In this document: piece by piece, positions 36,730 through 49,130 of the stretch
Position numbering within the stretch: the stretch's first letter is position 1
How the letters are laid out: every line of letters starts with the position of its first letter
NCBI GenBank assembly: GCA_976551045.1
Contig: CDPCPM010000026.1
Coordinates: forward strand, 21,948,001-22,012,000
Direction of reading: 5' to 3'
From: Glaucostegus cemiculus
Lineage: Eukaryota
Length of the DNA stretch: 64,000 nt
Position numbers and translations under genes: made by a program
The notes under the pieces: model-generated
Told to the model about the DNA's origin: nothing
Seen by the model: only the letters and a program-made list of their open reading frames with translations
Databases searched by the model: none

Positions 36730-37760
36730 GCTTCCGTAGAGTCAAATGTTGTAGAGGCACACTAGTTTTCCAGAACGAATGGACTAGACGGACCAATGAG
36801 CTTTCCCCTTTGAGTTCCCGCGAGTATCCGTGCTTTTCTTTTCTTCCTTCAGGAATTTACAAACATTCACAACAAATCAATAAGGCTATTGATTATTCAT
36901 TGTACAGTGCGTTGTTGGTGCGAAGCTGGCACAGAAAGCAAATGCAGCTTCTGCAAGCCAGCCGCATCCCATCTGGTGGCTGGTGGCACAGAGAAAGGAG
37001 AAAAAAGGCAGGGAGAAAGAACGTGAGAGAAAGCCAGATGAGTGAGAGAGGTGGCAGGGCATCTCCGCAGGCATGGGAAGTACGCATTTATGCTACGTAA
37101 GGGTATGGCAACGTGTAAAAAGAACTGACTCACAGGGAACAGGAGATAGCTACTACGTAACAGAGGTTTCCTTGGCTCTGTGACAAGAAGAGCGGTAAGG
37201 TAATACATGATTGCTGCTCTAATGCTGTGACTATGCAAACGTCTGTGATGCATCCACTTATTTTGCAGTCGTGTAGCGACTGGAACGTGAAGGAGGGGGG
37301 AAAACATTGTGTCGCCTTCTTGTAAGTAAATGTAACTGCATGCAGAAAGGATCGTGAGCTTGAAACCTGCTAAGAGAATTTTTGAAAAGGAAGGGGAGCA
37401 GGAAGCGTTATGCATTAAGGAGCTGTGGCATGCCAAATGTTTTATGAAAATAAAATCGGAAGAGGGAGCGAGAAAAGAGAAGAGAAAGCACAGCTTGGCC
37501 CAGTGCCAACACCAGTGAAATGAATTATAGTGTAGAATAATGGTACACCATTGATCCAGCCACTTGTTTGAGAGCGGTGATTGTCCCCGAGCCCTGACAG
37601 GAATTTCTGTGCGTGCGTACTCTGGGGCTGCATGAGAAAACCAATAAGTCACAACTGCTGACGACACTGTGAGGGAGGAGTGGGTTGCCAAGTGAGCATG
37701 CCCATGTTCAAGTGGTATTCTACTGTATAAATACAAGCGTTCAGTCTTCTCAATGGGAAC
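36730..37760. promoter_or_regulatory. Repeat-free, CpG-retaining candidate conserved element (alternative-exon cluster and/or promoter)
   Basis: Many intact CpGs versus depleted flanks; several minus-strand polypyrimidine-YAG sites; TGCATG motifs; X-box-like ggtatggcaac at 37102; CCAAT at 37641; TATAAATA at 37726. Confidence 0.45.
37134..37177 (-). other. Candidate 44-nt exon
   Basis: Minus strand ccttaccgctcttcttgtcacag|AGCCAAGGAAACCTCTGTTACGTAGTAGCTATCTCCTGTTCCCT|gtgagt, with consensus acceptor and donor; host gene not recognised. Confidence 0.35.
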
Positions 37761-38072
37761 TTCTCATGCACCATTTCCTATTTTATTAACAAAAGGTTTA
37801 CATTCTCCCTAGTCTATCAAAGTTTGCATGAAAGAGGGGCCAGAATGTTCATGCTTTATTCTTAGCAAAATAATTACCAGCTGAAGCAATCTGTTGCAAA
37901 GATCAAAGTACAAAAATCAGCATTTTGCTTACAGGAAATTACTTAATAAAGGCTGGCACCGTGGAAAGACATCCACCAATCACTGTAATAGCAGAACTAC
38001 TCACCTTTACAAATTCTGGGTTAAGCATGGAGCACTGTCCTATCTTGTCGAGGGATGGTAAAGACTGTGTGG

Positions 38073-38074
<2 letters not shown>

Positions 38075-38103
<29 letters not shown>

Positions 38104-38152
38104 CTTTGTCTGTGTGTATGTGTGTTTCTATGTATGCATGTGCCCACGTGTA
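38075..38152. repeat. (TG)n microsatellite with imperfect extension
   Basis: Directly visible. Confidence 0.95.
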
Positions 38153-40369
38153 TAATGCAAGCAAGAAATTTGCAATTAAACATAGAAACTGCTGCTATAA
38201 TACAAGGCTCCAGGAGAGAAAAGCTGATCTGAATTTATAATGCAAGTACTGAATTAGCATACTAACGGGGTTGTGTCACCGAAAGTATTCAACAGACACT
38301 CGCCTGCCACCAGCCTTTGTTTTACTGGATGCAGGGGAAGTGAGAGACGACTGACTGTGCAGTAGCATCTGTCGAGCCTCTGTGTACAGACGAAGATTCA
38401 TTAGACTTTTGCTGAGATTAGAAGGACACACTTCACAAGTAACCCTGCAAATGCAATGAGATTGCAAGGATTGCCTTATTCCACCACAATTAAAATATTT
38501 TATGTGACAATAGTCTTTTACAATGGTTAAATGTGATTCAAATGATTCTCTTTGAATTTAAATTGTGCAATGGAGCTCATTTGATGTTTCCAAGCCTAAC
38601 CAGACCACTATAGATTGAGTTATGTCACAATTTTTGAAATTATCTTCCTGCTCATCAATTTGTCAAATTTTAATTTATTTAAGAAAAGATGAAAAATGAA
38701 GGTTTTTGGTAGAAATATTTTACAGTTAGCAATTTTTAATCAGTAAATCGCTATGAATTAAGATGACCAAATACAACAGCAGTCTCGTGTTAGATTTAAA
38801 AGAACCTAAAGGCAAATGGAATTTATTGCACTCTGTGACCTGACCTGATTACCCATAGACTTGTGAGTTATTTCGACGCAGTAAATCCCTGCAAATCTGG
38901 AAGCCGGAAATTTCCTGCCTGTCCCACAGTTCATTCTCTGGTAACTGTCCATGCATGTCGAGCCTCCTCTTGGTTAGAAGAGCTAATACCAAATTTGGAA
39001 AATAGCATTTGGAGAAATCTTGTAGATAGGAAAGAGCAAACATTTTTCTGTGATGTTTAATATGAAATCTGTATGCATTACTGAGTGCTGAGCATCTCTG
39101 GGCAGCAAGTAGTTACATCCTTATGACTTAGCACGAGCTTTTATGATTAAAACTTAATTTTCATCTTCGGCTTCGTAGCTTTTTAAGCCTCCACTTTCTG
39201 GGTCATGGAATAAATTACCTTCTTTTATTGGTTTTAATAGAGATTTCTGCCCATCCATGGGCCAGAATCAATTGTCTCACATCCTGACTTCATGTTTCGA
39301 CATGAAGAATTGCGGAGCGAGAGCAAAGCAACTCTGACCATCGCCCCCTGTCTTAGTTCAGGTCATTCTCTCTCCCGATGTGATCGGGCCGTAAATTGAT
39401 CACAAGCACTCCTGAATTCTTTTAAATGATTTGCCACTTCCACTCCATGCAGCAATAGCAATGGGCTGATCTATTGTCATTTTGTAGGAAGGTTACTGAA
39501 TTTATATTCCATCCTACAATGACAAGCCTCCTGGCCACTTTGAGAGAAAAGAAGTCAATCTTGGGTGATGCATTGACCCCAGCATTTGTAATTTGGGATT
39601 CAAACACACAGAGATTCCTAGCTGTTAGCTCATTCCAGAAGTATTTGCTGTTGGAAAAATCCCTTTATTTATGCAGTAGTGAAGCCTTTTCCCACCTAAT
39701 TCCAACCATTTCCAGCAAAAGTTTGTAAATCAAGTGCAACAGTGGTTTTCAGTTGCCCAAAAGCAAGAAAATGTCATCTGGCAGGGTAGAAATCCATAAG
39801 GTAGGAACGCAAGCACAATCAGTACAAAAATAACAAGGTGGTCCACCACGTATGAAGGTCACCATAGCATGGGTTTGTGCCACTGGCACCAACACTTGCA
39901 ATCTGGAAATATGTGCCAGGAATTTGGCATCTGGGGTCAGCAGGGCCACAGAAGTTTGTGTCCATTCAGTTAATGGACAGTAAATCCTGTGGAGCACAAT
40001 CACCTTCAGCCCTGAACATGTAATATACCCACTTGACAGAAACAGCAGCGGAACATTGTGTATGGAAACTCTATTTCAGATTCTTAAAGGTACAGTCCAT
40101 CCAAATACAATTTATGGGTTAAACTCAGCATTTATTCACATTTCAAACTTCAAATTATTGGCTGGCAGATGATTAAAGCTTAAGGGGGTGGGGGTGGGGG
40201 GGAACCATTCAGTTCCATCTGAAAGTTTTAAATACAACACTGAAAGATCCAACTGCACAGTTACCCAGAGTAAACTGAAGTCCCCAGTTGTAAGTTGGAG
40301 CAGTAGTTGGGTGGGTATAGGCCAGGGTGAGCATGGTGGTATGAAAGCCCAGGGTACCAGAGAATTGTA

Positions 40370-40590
40370 GAGTTTTTATGGCATGCAAGGAGGCCATTCA
40401 GTCCACTAACCCACATTGGCTTCAGCAAGACATAAATCAATCCCATTCTCTTTTCCTAAGCCTTACAATTTTCTTCACCCTCAAGTACCTATCCAATTCC
40501 CTTCTGAAGGCCAGGATTGAATGTTCTTTCACCATCTGTTCAGACAAATCAATGGCTACTCACTCGGTGAAAGTTATTTTCCTCCTGTAG
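40370..40590 (-). mobile_element. CR1 3' fragment
   Basis: ggaggccattcagtccact...ctcaagtacctatccaattcccttctgaagg...cactcggtgaaag. Confidence 0.7.
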
Positions 40591-40864
40591 CCCCAGGTTC
40601 ATTTATGAACAGGGTTTTTGGCAAAGAACAATTGGTCCTAATTCAGGAAAGAACAGAGAATTTGGTTATCGATCCTGATGCACAGAATGGAGAGACTGAA
40701 AATAATAGTGACCCTTTGAAAACAGTTGGGGTGACAGAACTTCCAGGCAGAGATTATCAGTTGGCCATTCAATTGCCTAATTAAGCAATCTTTGTCTGAT
40801 AACCGGGTTGATAAATCAAAAGCAGAATAATCATCAGAAATCTATGAAATAGCCCTGAGACAGG

Positions 40865-41795
40865 ATCAGAATCAGAATCAGGTTTATTATTACTGACTTG
40901 TATGATGTGAAATTTGTTGTTTTGTGGCAGCAGTACAGTGGAGGCATAAAACTGTTCAGAAATCTGACAGTGGAGTGGAAAAAGCTGTTCCTGAAATGTT
41001 AAGTGTGGGTCTTCAGGCTCCTGTACCTCCTTCCAGATGGTAGTAATGTGAAGAGGGCAGTCCCAGATGGTGAGGGTCCTCAATGATGGATGCTGCCTTC
41101 TTGAGGCACTGCCTCTTGAAGATGTCCTCGATGAAACAGAGGGTTGTGCCTGTGATGGAGCTGGCTGACTCTATAATCCCCTGCAGCCTCTTGCAATCCT
41201 GTGCATTGGAGTCTCCATACCAGGCTGTAATGCAACCAGTCAGAATGCTCTCCACCATACATCTATAGAAATTTGCAAGAGTCTTAGGTGATATACCAAA
41301 TTTCCTCAAACTCCTAATGAAGTAGAGCCACTAGCATGCCTTCTTCGTGGTTGCATCAATGTGTTGAGCACAGGATAGATACTCAGAGAAATTGACACCC
41401 AGGAACTTGAAGCTGCTCACCCTTTCCACTGCTGACCCCTCAATGAGGACTGGTGTGTGCTCTCCCGACTTCCCATTCCTGAAGTCCACAGGAAAGGTCT
41501 TGCTGATGTTGAGTGTGAGGTTGTTGTTGTGATACCTCTCAAACAGCAGATCTATCTCATGTCTGTACGCCTCCTCATCACCATCTCAGATTCTGCCAAC
41601 AATAGTGGTGTCATTAGCAAATTTATAGATGGCATTTGAGCTGTGCCTAGCCACACAGTCATGAGTGTAGAGAGAGTAGAGCAGTGGGCTTAGCATGCAT
41701 CCTTGAGGTGCACTTGTGTTGATTGTCAGTGAGGGGGAGATGTTATTACCAATCTACGCTGACTGTGGCCTCCTGAAAAGGAAGTTGAGGATCCT
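40865..41795 (-). mobile_element. Rex1/Babar LINE, 5'-truncated (RT C-terminus, DUF1891-like region, (GATTCT)n tail)
   Basis: ORF 41013-41309 RKFGISPKTLANFYRCMVESILTGCITAWYG...CLKKAASIIEDPHH; RT catalytic motif decayed to IYKFANDTTIVGRI at ~41590-41632; tail atcagaatcagaatcaggtttatt. Confidence 0.9.
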
Positions 41796-42111
41796 ATATT
41801 AGATCTTTAGAACTTCTGTTTTCAGCACTTCCTCTCATTGAACCCACTTTCCACATGAGAGACAATCTCCGATCTGTTAGACAAAGGATTGTATCTTAGC
41901 TGATTATTGTTGAACTTTGTTAGTGTTAAGGATCATCGTATGGAGGGAGTCTCTTTGTCTGGATTGATGACTATGATTTAACAGGGTCCTTGTGAAAGAT
42001 GTCCCTCTGTCAAGGATTTACTTATTACCCTTGCAGTCGATTCCTCCCTCCTTCATCTGCTGGGAGATGAGGCTGGTGGTTTTCTGCTGGGACTTCCCCC
42101 GGTTACCTTCC

Positions 42112-42170
42112 TCGTCCACAGATGCTGCTTGACTGGTTGAGTTCTTCCAGTGCTTCTGTTTTTGTTTCAG
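42112..42170 (+). mobile_element. Penelope-derived element 3' fragment
   Basis: tccacagatgctgcttgactggttgagttcttccagtgcttctgtttttg. Confidence 0.6.
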
Positions 42171-42400
42171 CCTTCCTTGTCCTCCCACTTCTGTTGTTCT
42201 TCTACCTGTATATTGTGACCTTCAGGCTCTGGACTGCTGCTCTTCTTCCAGTACTGCCATCTCTTTTTGCATTGCTAGGTTGTGCAGCCTGCAGCACACA
42301 ATGAAGTCCGCACGTCTGCTGAGTGTTTACCACAGGGCATCCCCTGACTGACACAGACACCAGAATCTCATTTTCAGAAAACCATAGGTCTTCCACAGTG

Positions 42401-42532
42401 AAACAAAGGACTGTGGATGCTGGGATCTAGGGGAAAAACACTATGATGCTGGAGGAGCTCAGCAGACCAGGCAGCGTCTGTGGAGAAAAGCAGGCAATCA
42501 ACATTTCGGGTCAGGACCCTTCTTTAGGACTG
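42401..42532 (-). mobile_element. Penelope-derived short element starting with a hammerhead motif
   Basis: Minus strand cagtcctaaagaagggtcctgacccgaaatgttgattgcctgcttttctccacagacgctgcctggtctgctgagctcctccagcatc...; same subfamily as 51502-51572. Confidence 0.8.
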
Positions 42533-43311
42533 ACAATAGTGTTTTTTATCTCAGTTTTCCACAGTGATGCTGTTACTAGTGTGACTCTCATTGTAGCAAT
42601 GCTTACGGCTATGGTAGGATTGCATGTTGGTATGAGGAGCCAGCGAAGCTGATGTTAGCCCCTGCCTCCAGGATCCATTCTTCTGTACAGTGTTGGCTGT
42701 GGAAGATGTCCATAGTGCCATCTCACTGAAGGCAAAATGTCAAGTGTCCTTGCGGGACACATCACATTCATCTTCAAGAAATTCTAACGTTACGCTGTAA
42801 CTTCATTGCATCTGGCATTGATCAGGAACTGAGGTTATGTGCAACTACCCAAAGATGAAAAGAATGGAAACTTTTCCACCAGGAAAATGTCTTGGCGATT
42901 CCAGGGAGTTCAGTCAATAGATGCCTTCACTCATGTTAAGACAGCAATGCTGGCCAGTCTCAAACAGGTTTCCCAATGAATGCAGAATGTCCCTTAATTA
43001 GACATAAGTACAACAAAGTTAACATGAAAAGCTTCTGGTTGTAACTGTGAGTGTTCAACAAAGGTTGTATGTTCAGTCTAAATGCTCCAATCTATGCCAT
43101 TATGGGAAGAATCTCTGATGCCTTTAGATGTCACAAAAACATGACATGCTAATGTGAATTGTACACAGAAATGCTCAGAGCATTTGCCTAATGGTTGCAA
43201 CTTTTCCTGGAAATGATCACTAGCCTGGTCTAACTTAGGTTAAGTTACTTTTATGTGCGATTTTTCCCTAGAAACAAGGGAATCCAATTTTCAGGCTGAA
43301 GTATTGTAATC

Positions 43312-43765
43312 TTCTTCTTCTTAAGCAGTCCTTTGGGATCCAGGATGACCCAGGTCCATGCTAGTTCTGTGGTTTCTGAGGTGACTGACGAGGCTGGTGT
43401 GGACAGTTTGGGGCAGATGATCAGGAGGTGCCTGAAGGGACAGGTGGGATGGTAGTTTGGGAGCTGGTGTGCTTCTTCCACCATTTAGAGTAGGCTTCTG
43501 TGTGCTACTGACACCAGGACCTGAGGCCCTCAGTGGCATTTGGAATGCATCTTCTTCACAGTCATGGGCCAGCGATTTCCAGGAGTTAATGGGGGCGTTG
43601 CATTTCTGCAAGAACATCTTTGAATCTTTTCCTCTGTCTATCTGACAATCTCTTCTTGTGCCAGACCTTGGATGAGTGTGCCTGTTTAGGGAGACTGATG
43701 GCAGGGACTAGAGTGATGTGTTCTGCCCAATGGAACCGGCTGAATGTAATTAGGATCTCAAGATG
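43312..43765 (-). mobile_element. RTE-clade LINE 3' end
   Basis: cttcttcttcttaagcagtcctttgggatccaggatgac...tctgaggtgactgacgaggc; ORF fragment LQKCNAPINSWKSLAHD; homologous to 21745-22100. Confidence 0.8.
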
Positions 43766-44014
43766 ACTCTTCTGACCTTTCTAAAGCCCTTGGCTCTGTC
43801 AGTCATAACGGACTGTGGAGCATGTTGCTCAATCCAGTGCCACTGAAATATGTCTCTGTCTTGCAAAGTATTATAATACTATAACAGGAGGCAGTAAAGA
43901 AATGCAGCAGGACTCTACTGAAAACAAGATAAACAATTAAGTTTTTGGGCAGAGCTCTGTTTTCAATTGGGTATTCTGAGTTAAAGAACTATTTTATGTG
44001 AACAATATAGATTG

Positions 44015-44570
44015 ACTGAACCTCACTTGGAGTATTGTGTATCGTTCTGGTCACCACACTACAGAAAGTATGTGGTAGCATTAGAAAGAGATTCACAAAC
44101 ATGTGTCCTGGAATGGAGAGCTTTACTTTTAAGGAGTAATTTGACATGCTGGGTTTATACTCACTGGAACATTGGAAGCTGACGGATGACCTTACTGAAG
44201 TTTATAAAATAATGAGGGGTAAAATAGGGTAGATAGTCAGAGTCTTTTTCCCAGTGTAGGGGAGTCTAAAACTAGAGGACAGAGGTTTAAGGTGAGAAGG
44301 GAGAAATTTAAAGGAGAGCTGAGGTGTATGTTTTTCATCCAGAAGGTCATGGTTAAATGGAATGAGCTGCCAAGGGAAGTGGTAGAGGCAGATAAAATTA
44401 CAGCACTTAACAGGCATTTGGGCAGGTACTTGAATAGGAAAGGATTAGAGAGATAAGGACTACATGTGGCAAATGGGATTAGTATTAATAGGCATCACAG
44501 TTGGCATGGGCAAGTTGAGCCGAAGAGCTCGTTTCTGTGCTGTACAATTCTATGACTTTATGAGTCATAA
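44015..44570 (+). mobile_element. CR1 ORF2 C-terminus and 3' UTR
   Basis: cctcacttggagtattgtgtatcgttctggtcaccacactacagaaag translates PHLEYCVSFWSPHYRK; EVYKIMRG; tail gtttctgtgctgtacaattctatgactttatga. Confidence 0.9.
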
Positions 44571-45719
44571 ATGGAATATTGTAAGCTGGAGCACGAACAC
44601 AGCTGACATTGGGAGCGAATCTTGAAGATTTTGCGAATTTAATTGCGAGTTTAATTTTCAGATAGAGCTCTTTGTTCAGGATTGAAATTGCTGAAATGGA
44701 TCAGATGTCTTCTTCAAGTCTTCTTCTTTTGTTTCAGACTGACCACAGTGGTCATGCTGCCGGCTCGTCTGAATGGCTGTCCGGAGCAGTGGCAGCCTCT
44801 TGCAGAATCCAATAATGGGAACATTCCTTGTCCTTAGGACAACTAGAATTTGCTTTGTCCAAAGAAAATACTTATTTCTTCTTACAATAGGAAAATGAAG
44901 AGGGAGCAACACTGGAATTGGCAAGCAACACAAAGGATACTGAATTATTCCAATAATTAGTGCAGAGTATGTAATGGAAATAAGTTGTTATGCCACGTAC
45001 ATAAACACTGGGAATTTCTTTCTCAGTTGCCTCAAGGATGGCGTCAATAATTCTTACAAACTGAAATCAAAACCCTTAATGTTGAGAGCAACTGTGTTGA
45101 GAGTCTGACTGCTGCTTGAATCTTAAGAAAATAAACAAGTATATAATATCAAAGCTATTTTTCAGAGAGAGTATGTTTGAGAGTCCTTAGCAGTTACACT
45201 CTTCCAGAAGATTTTCTTCATGTAGAGTCAAGTATTTTTATTGTATTCTTTTGAAGAACATCTGATTAAAGCCATGATTCAAAGTGGCTGCACTGATGAC
45301 AGACATGGCTAAAAAATGCTGAATTAATATGGGCAAAGAAAAATTTGCATGTCTAAAGCAGAGAACTGCAAGGCTGCTGATGATTGCATTTCCTTCGATG
45401 AGGGTACTGCAGACGAGGAAGGTGGCGGTGGTGAGGGGAGCCGGGAGGAAGGAGGAGATGAGGTATCTAATCATGATTCTCTAGGTGTCAGGAATATGGT
45501 GGAAGCCCTGTGTGCTCCCTGGTTATATACTTTTGGTTGAATAGTTTGGAAGAACAAACAGACTCTGAGGTGGAAACTAATGTTCACGATTGGTGCTAAC
45601 TTGAAAGGAATCATCATCAAACACAAGTAAAGAGCATGTAGATGGAATAGTGACACTATGGTAGGTTGAAGCCCTGGATTCTTACCATATCTAGTCACAA
45701 ATGGTGGTGGAAAATTAAA

Positions 45720-47370
45720 CAACTAAGAAGTGGAGGAGGTTCCAAGAAAACCACCATCCTGACTGTTGGCAGGACCTAGCACAGGAGTAATAACATGCAA
45801 ACGGATCCATTCATAACATGATCCACTAGAAGTACCATGTAAATGATTCACCGTGGCTTCTGCCTGAGACCCCACCATGGGAAAAGCCAGGCTTCAGCGT
45901 GATATCGAGAAACATTTGAAAGTGTTGGAAATAGGAAATACAATGGAACCAGACAATTTTCCATCTGTGGTACTGAAGACCTGTACTTCAGAACGAGCTT
46001 TACACCTAGCCAAGCTGTTTCAATGCAGTTGTGACACTGGCATCTATCTGACAATATTTAAAATTTCACAGGTGTTTCTTGTTCATAAACAGAAGGACAA
46101 ATTCAATCAGATTACCGATTGCCCAATCAATCGATTTTCAATTGGTAGCAAAGTGATGGACTGTGTCATCAAAAATGCTATCAAGAGGTACCTACTCTCC
46201 AATAACCCTACTCATTGATACCCAGTTTGGATTTCACCAGGGCCACTAGGATCCAGACTGCATCCCAGCCTTGGTCCAATCATGGACAAAAGAGATGATG
46301 TGAGACTGGTGGCCCTTGACATCAAAGAAACATTTGACTAAGTATGGTATCAAGGAGCTCTGGTAAAAATGGTCAATGGACATCATGGAAAATTCTCTAG
46401 TATTGGAGACATACCTTGCACAAAGTAAGATGATAGTTGGAAATTAATCATTCCCATCTCAGAACATCACTACAGGAGTTTCTTTGGGCAATGTTCTGGG
46501 ACAGCAACTTCAACTGCTTCATCATTTGTTTGCTGATGATCATACAATGTTCAATTCCATTCTTAACTCCTTAGTAAATGAAGATGTTTACAAAATGCAG
46601 CAAGATCTTGACAACATTCAGACATGGGCTGATAACTAGCAAGTAATAATTATGCCACAATGGTGCCAGGCAATGAGAGAGTCTAATGAGGTAATTTCAA
46701 TATTCAATGGCATTACCACTGCTGAATCACTCACCATTGACACCCTGAAGGTAAGGATTTTATAGAAACTCAACTGAATCAGCCACATAAATACCATGGC
46801 TAAAACAAGCAGGTCAAAGGCCTACTTTTCTTATCTCCCAAGTTCTACAAGTATCTAGTCAGCAGCATGGAGGAATACTCTTTGCTTACTTAGAACAACA
46901 TTGATCCAACAACACTCAAAAGACTCAACACTGTTTTAGACAAAGCAGTTTGATTGATATATACACATCCACCATCCCGACAGTCATTCCCTTCATCACT
47001 GACAGACAGTGGCTGCAGTGTATACCACCTGCTGCAGGGTATACCACCTGTAAAATTCACTGCATTTTCTCTCTGGTCTTTGCCAATAGCACCTCCCAAA
47101 CCCATGATCTCTTCCACCAAAGGACAGACAGCAAGCACATGGAGTTTCTGCTTCAAGATTCTCACTATCTTGACTTGGAAGTATATATCCATTGCTTGAT
47201 CCTGGGTCTAAATCTTGGACCTCCCTACGCAATAGCTTTGTGGGAGCATCTTCACTGAAAGGAGATCAGCAGTTCAAGAAAGCATTTCACTGCTACCTTC
47301 TCTAGGGCAATGAGGGATGGCAGTAAATACTGGCAAAACCAGACACACCCACAACCTGAAAAAGGTATAA
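45720..47370 (+). mobile_element. CR1/L2-group LINE ORF2 reverse transcriptase pseudogene with 3' UTR
   Basis: ORF 45877-46218 (EPDNFPSVVLK...LAKLFQCSCDTGIY...VHK...PI...SKVMD), followed by QFGFHQGH (~46223), VALDIKETFD (~46309) and FADD (~46529); multiple stops and frameshifts. Confidence 0.85.
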
Positions 47371-47884
47371 GTAAAAGAAAAGAGTAAAAGGAAATCCTTC
47401 ATCACCCAGTAATCTTTTAGTGGGAAGATGACATCCAGCTGGAGAAAACCATTATTACTGTATTCACAGGGAATGCATACCTACCTAAGGTACTGTAGAA
47501 TAACAGCAGCTGAGTTAGATATGCCTGTCTCTTGCAGTAGCTGCAACATGGCAAAGGACTACACAGAGTTTACAGAACATTAATTATGTTTATGATGGGC
47601 CTTCTCCCACCTCCCTGAACATCATGTTTCTCTATTTTCTTCTCCATCATGTACTGACTGATTTTCAGCTTCAATCTTCAGCTTGAACACCCCACCCAGC
47701 TTTCAAGTGTAGATTAGTAATGATTGTGGGCTGAAAGGCCTGTACTGTGCTGTAGTGTTCTATGTAGAGTTTACAGTCTGAAATAATCATTTCAGATCAT
47801 TAATCTATACTTGAAGTAGTCATAATCAGGTAGCTCGGACCAATGGAGTTGTGTAATGGATCAGATTGGGACACAGAAAATAAA

Positions 47885-48380
47885 AGAATATAAGATCTAG
47901 GAGCAAGTATAGGCCTTGCATATGCCCCACGTCAATAAAATCATGACTGATCTTTTACCTGAATACTGTTTTCCTGTCTGATCCTCAGACCCCTTGATTT
48001 CTCTAATATCTCAGTTTTGAATGCAATGTCACAGCAGAGAGAATGAAGGAAGAATCACCACTCTCTGAGTGAAGGAATTTGTTCTAAATGGCAATCCTTT
48101 TCTTTAGACTATCATCTTTAATTCTAGATTCTTCAGCCTGGGGGAATACCCTCTCCATATCTACCCCATTAAGTCCTTTTGTGGGTCGATGAGATCACCT
48201 TTCATTCTTCTAAACTCTGAAGTACAAAGGTCTAGCCTGCTCTTCATATAACTGACCCACCATCTCATGATCCAGTCTGGTGAATCTTCAATGCATTGCT
48301 CTCTAACAAATACATCTTTCCATACATAAGGAGACCAATATTGTACTCTATTCTCCAGCTGTGGTGTCACCAAAGCCATG
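47885..48380 (-). mobile_element. CR1 ORF2 C-terminus and 3' UTR
   Basis: ORF 48161-48379 ALVTPQLENRVQYWSPYVWKD...EFRRMKGDLI. Confidence 0.85.
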
Positions 48381-48429
48381 TATTAATGATCTTAATGAAT
48401 TTGTTGTTAGCAAGACTTTTGATTTGCAA

Positions 48430-49130
48430 GTCATTTCCTGTCTGTAAGAAAGCAAGATACTTTGATAAGGATATTCAGCAAAGAGGTTTGAGGACATTAA
48501 GCAATTGGCAAATGAAAAACATAGTGTTTAATAATGAAAAAGGTATATCGACAATAAAGGAAATAGTAAACAACATTATGACATGAAGGGTATGCTGTGA
48601 AATGAATTAGACCATGAAAGGGATTTATGTATCCTTATTGAGATGACAACTGCCAAGGCCATGGTTGTATATTGCAATGCAAAAAGATGACAGTGATATT
48701 TTGTAAGCCTTGGGCAGATGGTACTTGAAGAACTTGACCAAATTTGGCAACCGCATTTGCAAAAAAAAGACAGGCAAGAAAGAGGGATCAAAGAACAGCT
48801 ACAAGGATGGTACAATGTCTTAAATCAGTGAACTGTGAAAAGAGGCTACGACAGTTAAATCTGTTCTCACTGGAGAAGATGGAATCAGTGGGGTGGATGT
48901 GGCAATGCTTTTTATGTTGAACCAGGAAATGAGAGCTAGAGGATATTATTATTAACTAAGGAAACCACATGCTAAATGTAATTGCAACCTGGCGTGGTTA
49001 AAGATGATTCAACCAAAGCTTTCAAAAGAAAATAATTTCTCATTCAATGGACATCTAGGGATTGAAGTCTGTTGCTGAGGCAGGAGAAAAATTAAAACGA
49101 TGGTTGGGAGAAACAAAACTGAGCATTTTT
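48430..49130 (+). mobile_element. Strongly decayed CR1 ORF2 fragment
   Basis: WQM...FN.EK-like (aattggcaaatg...tttaataatgaaaaagg), HERDL-like (catgaaagggattta), gaaaagaggctacgacagttaaatctgttctcactggagaag (EKRLRQLNLFSLEK). Confidence 0.6.

Noticed and set aside
36897-37736. 279-aa minus-strand ORF, the longest in the window
   Set aside because: Non-ATG start, L/S/F/H-rich composition driven by pyrimidine tracts, no recognisable domain; not called as CDS.
41013-41309. Functional CDS
   Set aside because: Fragment of a truncated Rex1/Babar ORF2 with a mutated catalytic motif (FAND) and frameshifts.
45877-46218. Functional reverse transcriptase gene
   Set aside because: Frame closes early; the downstream RT motifs are interrupted by stops and deletions.
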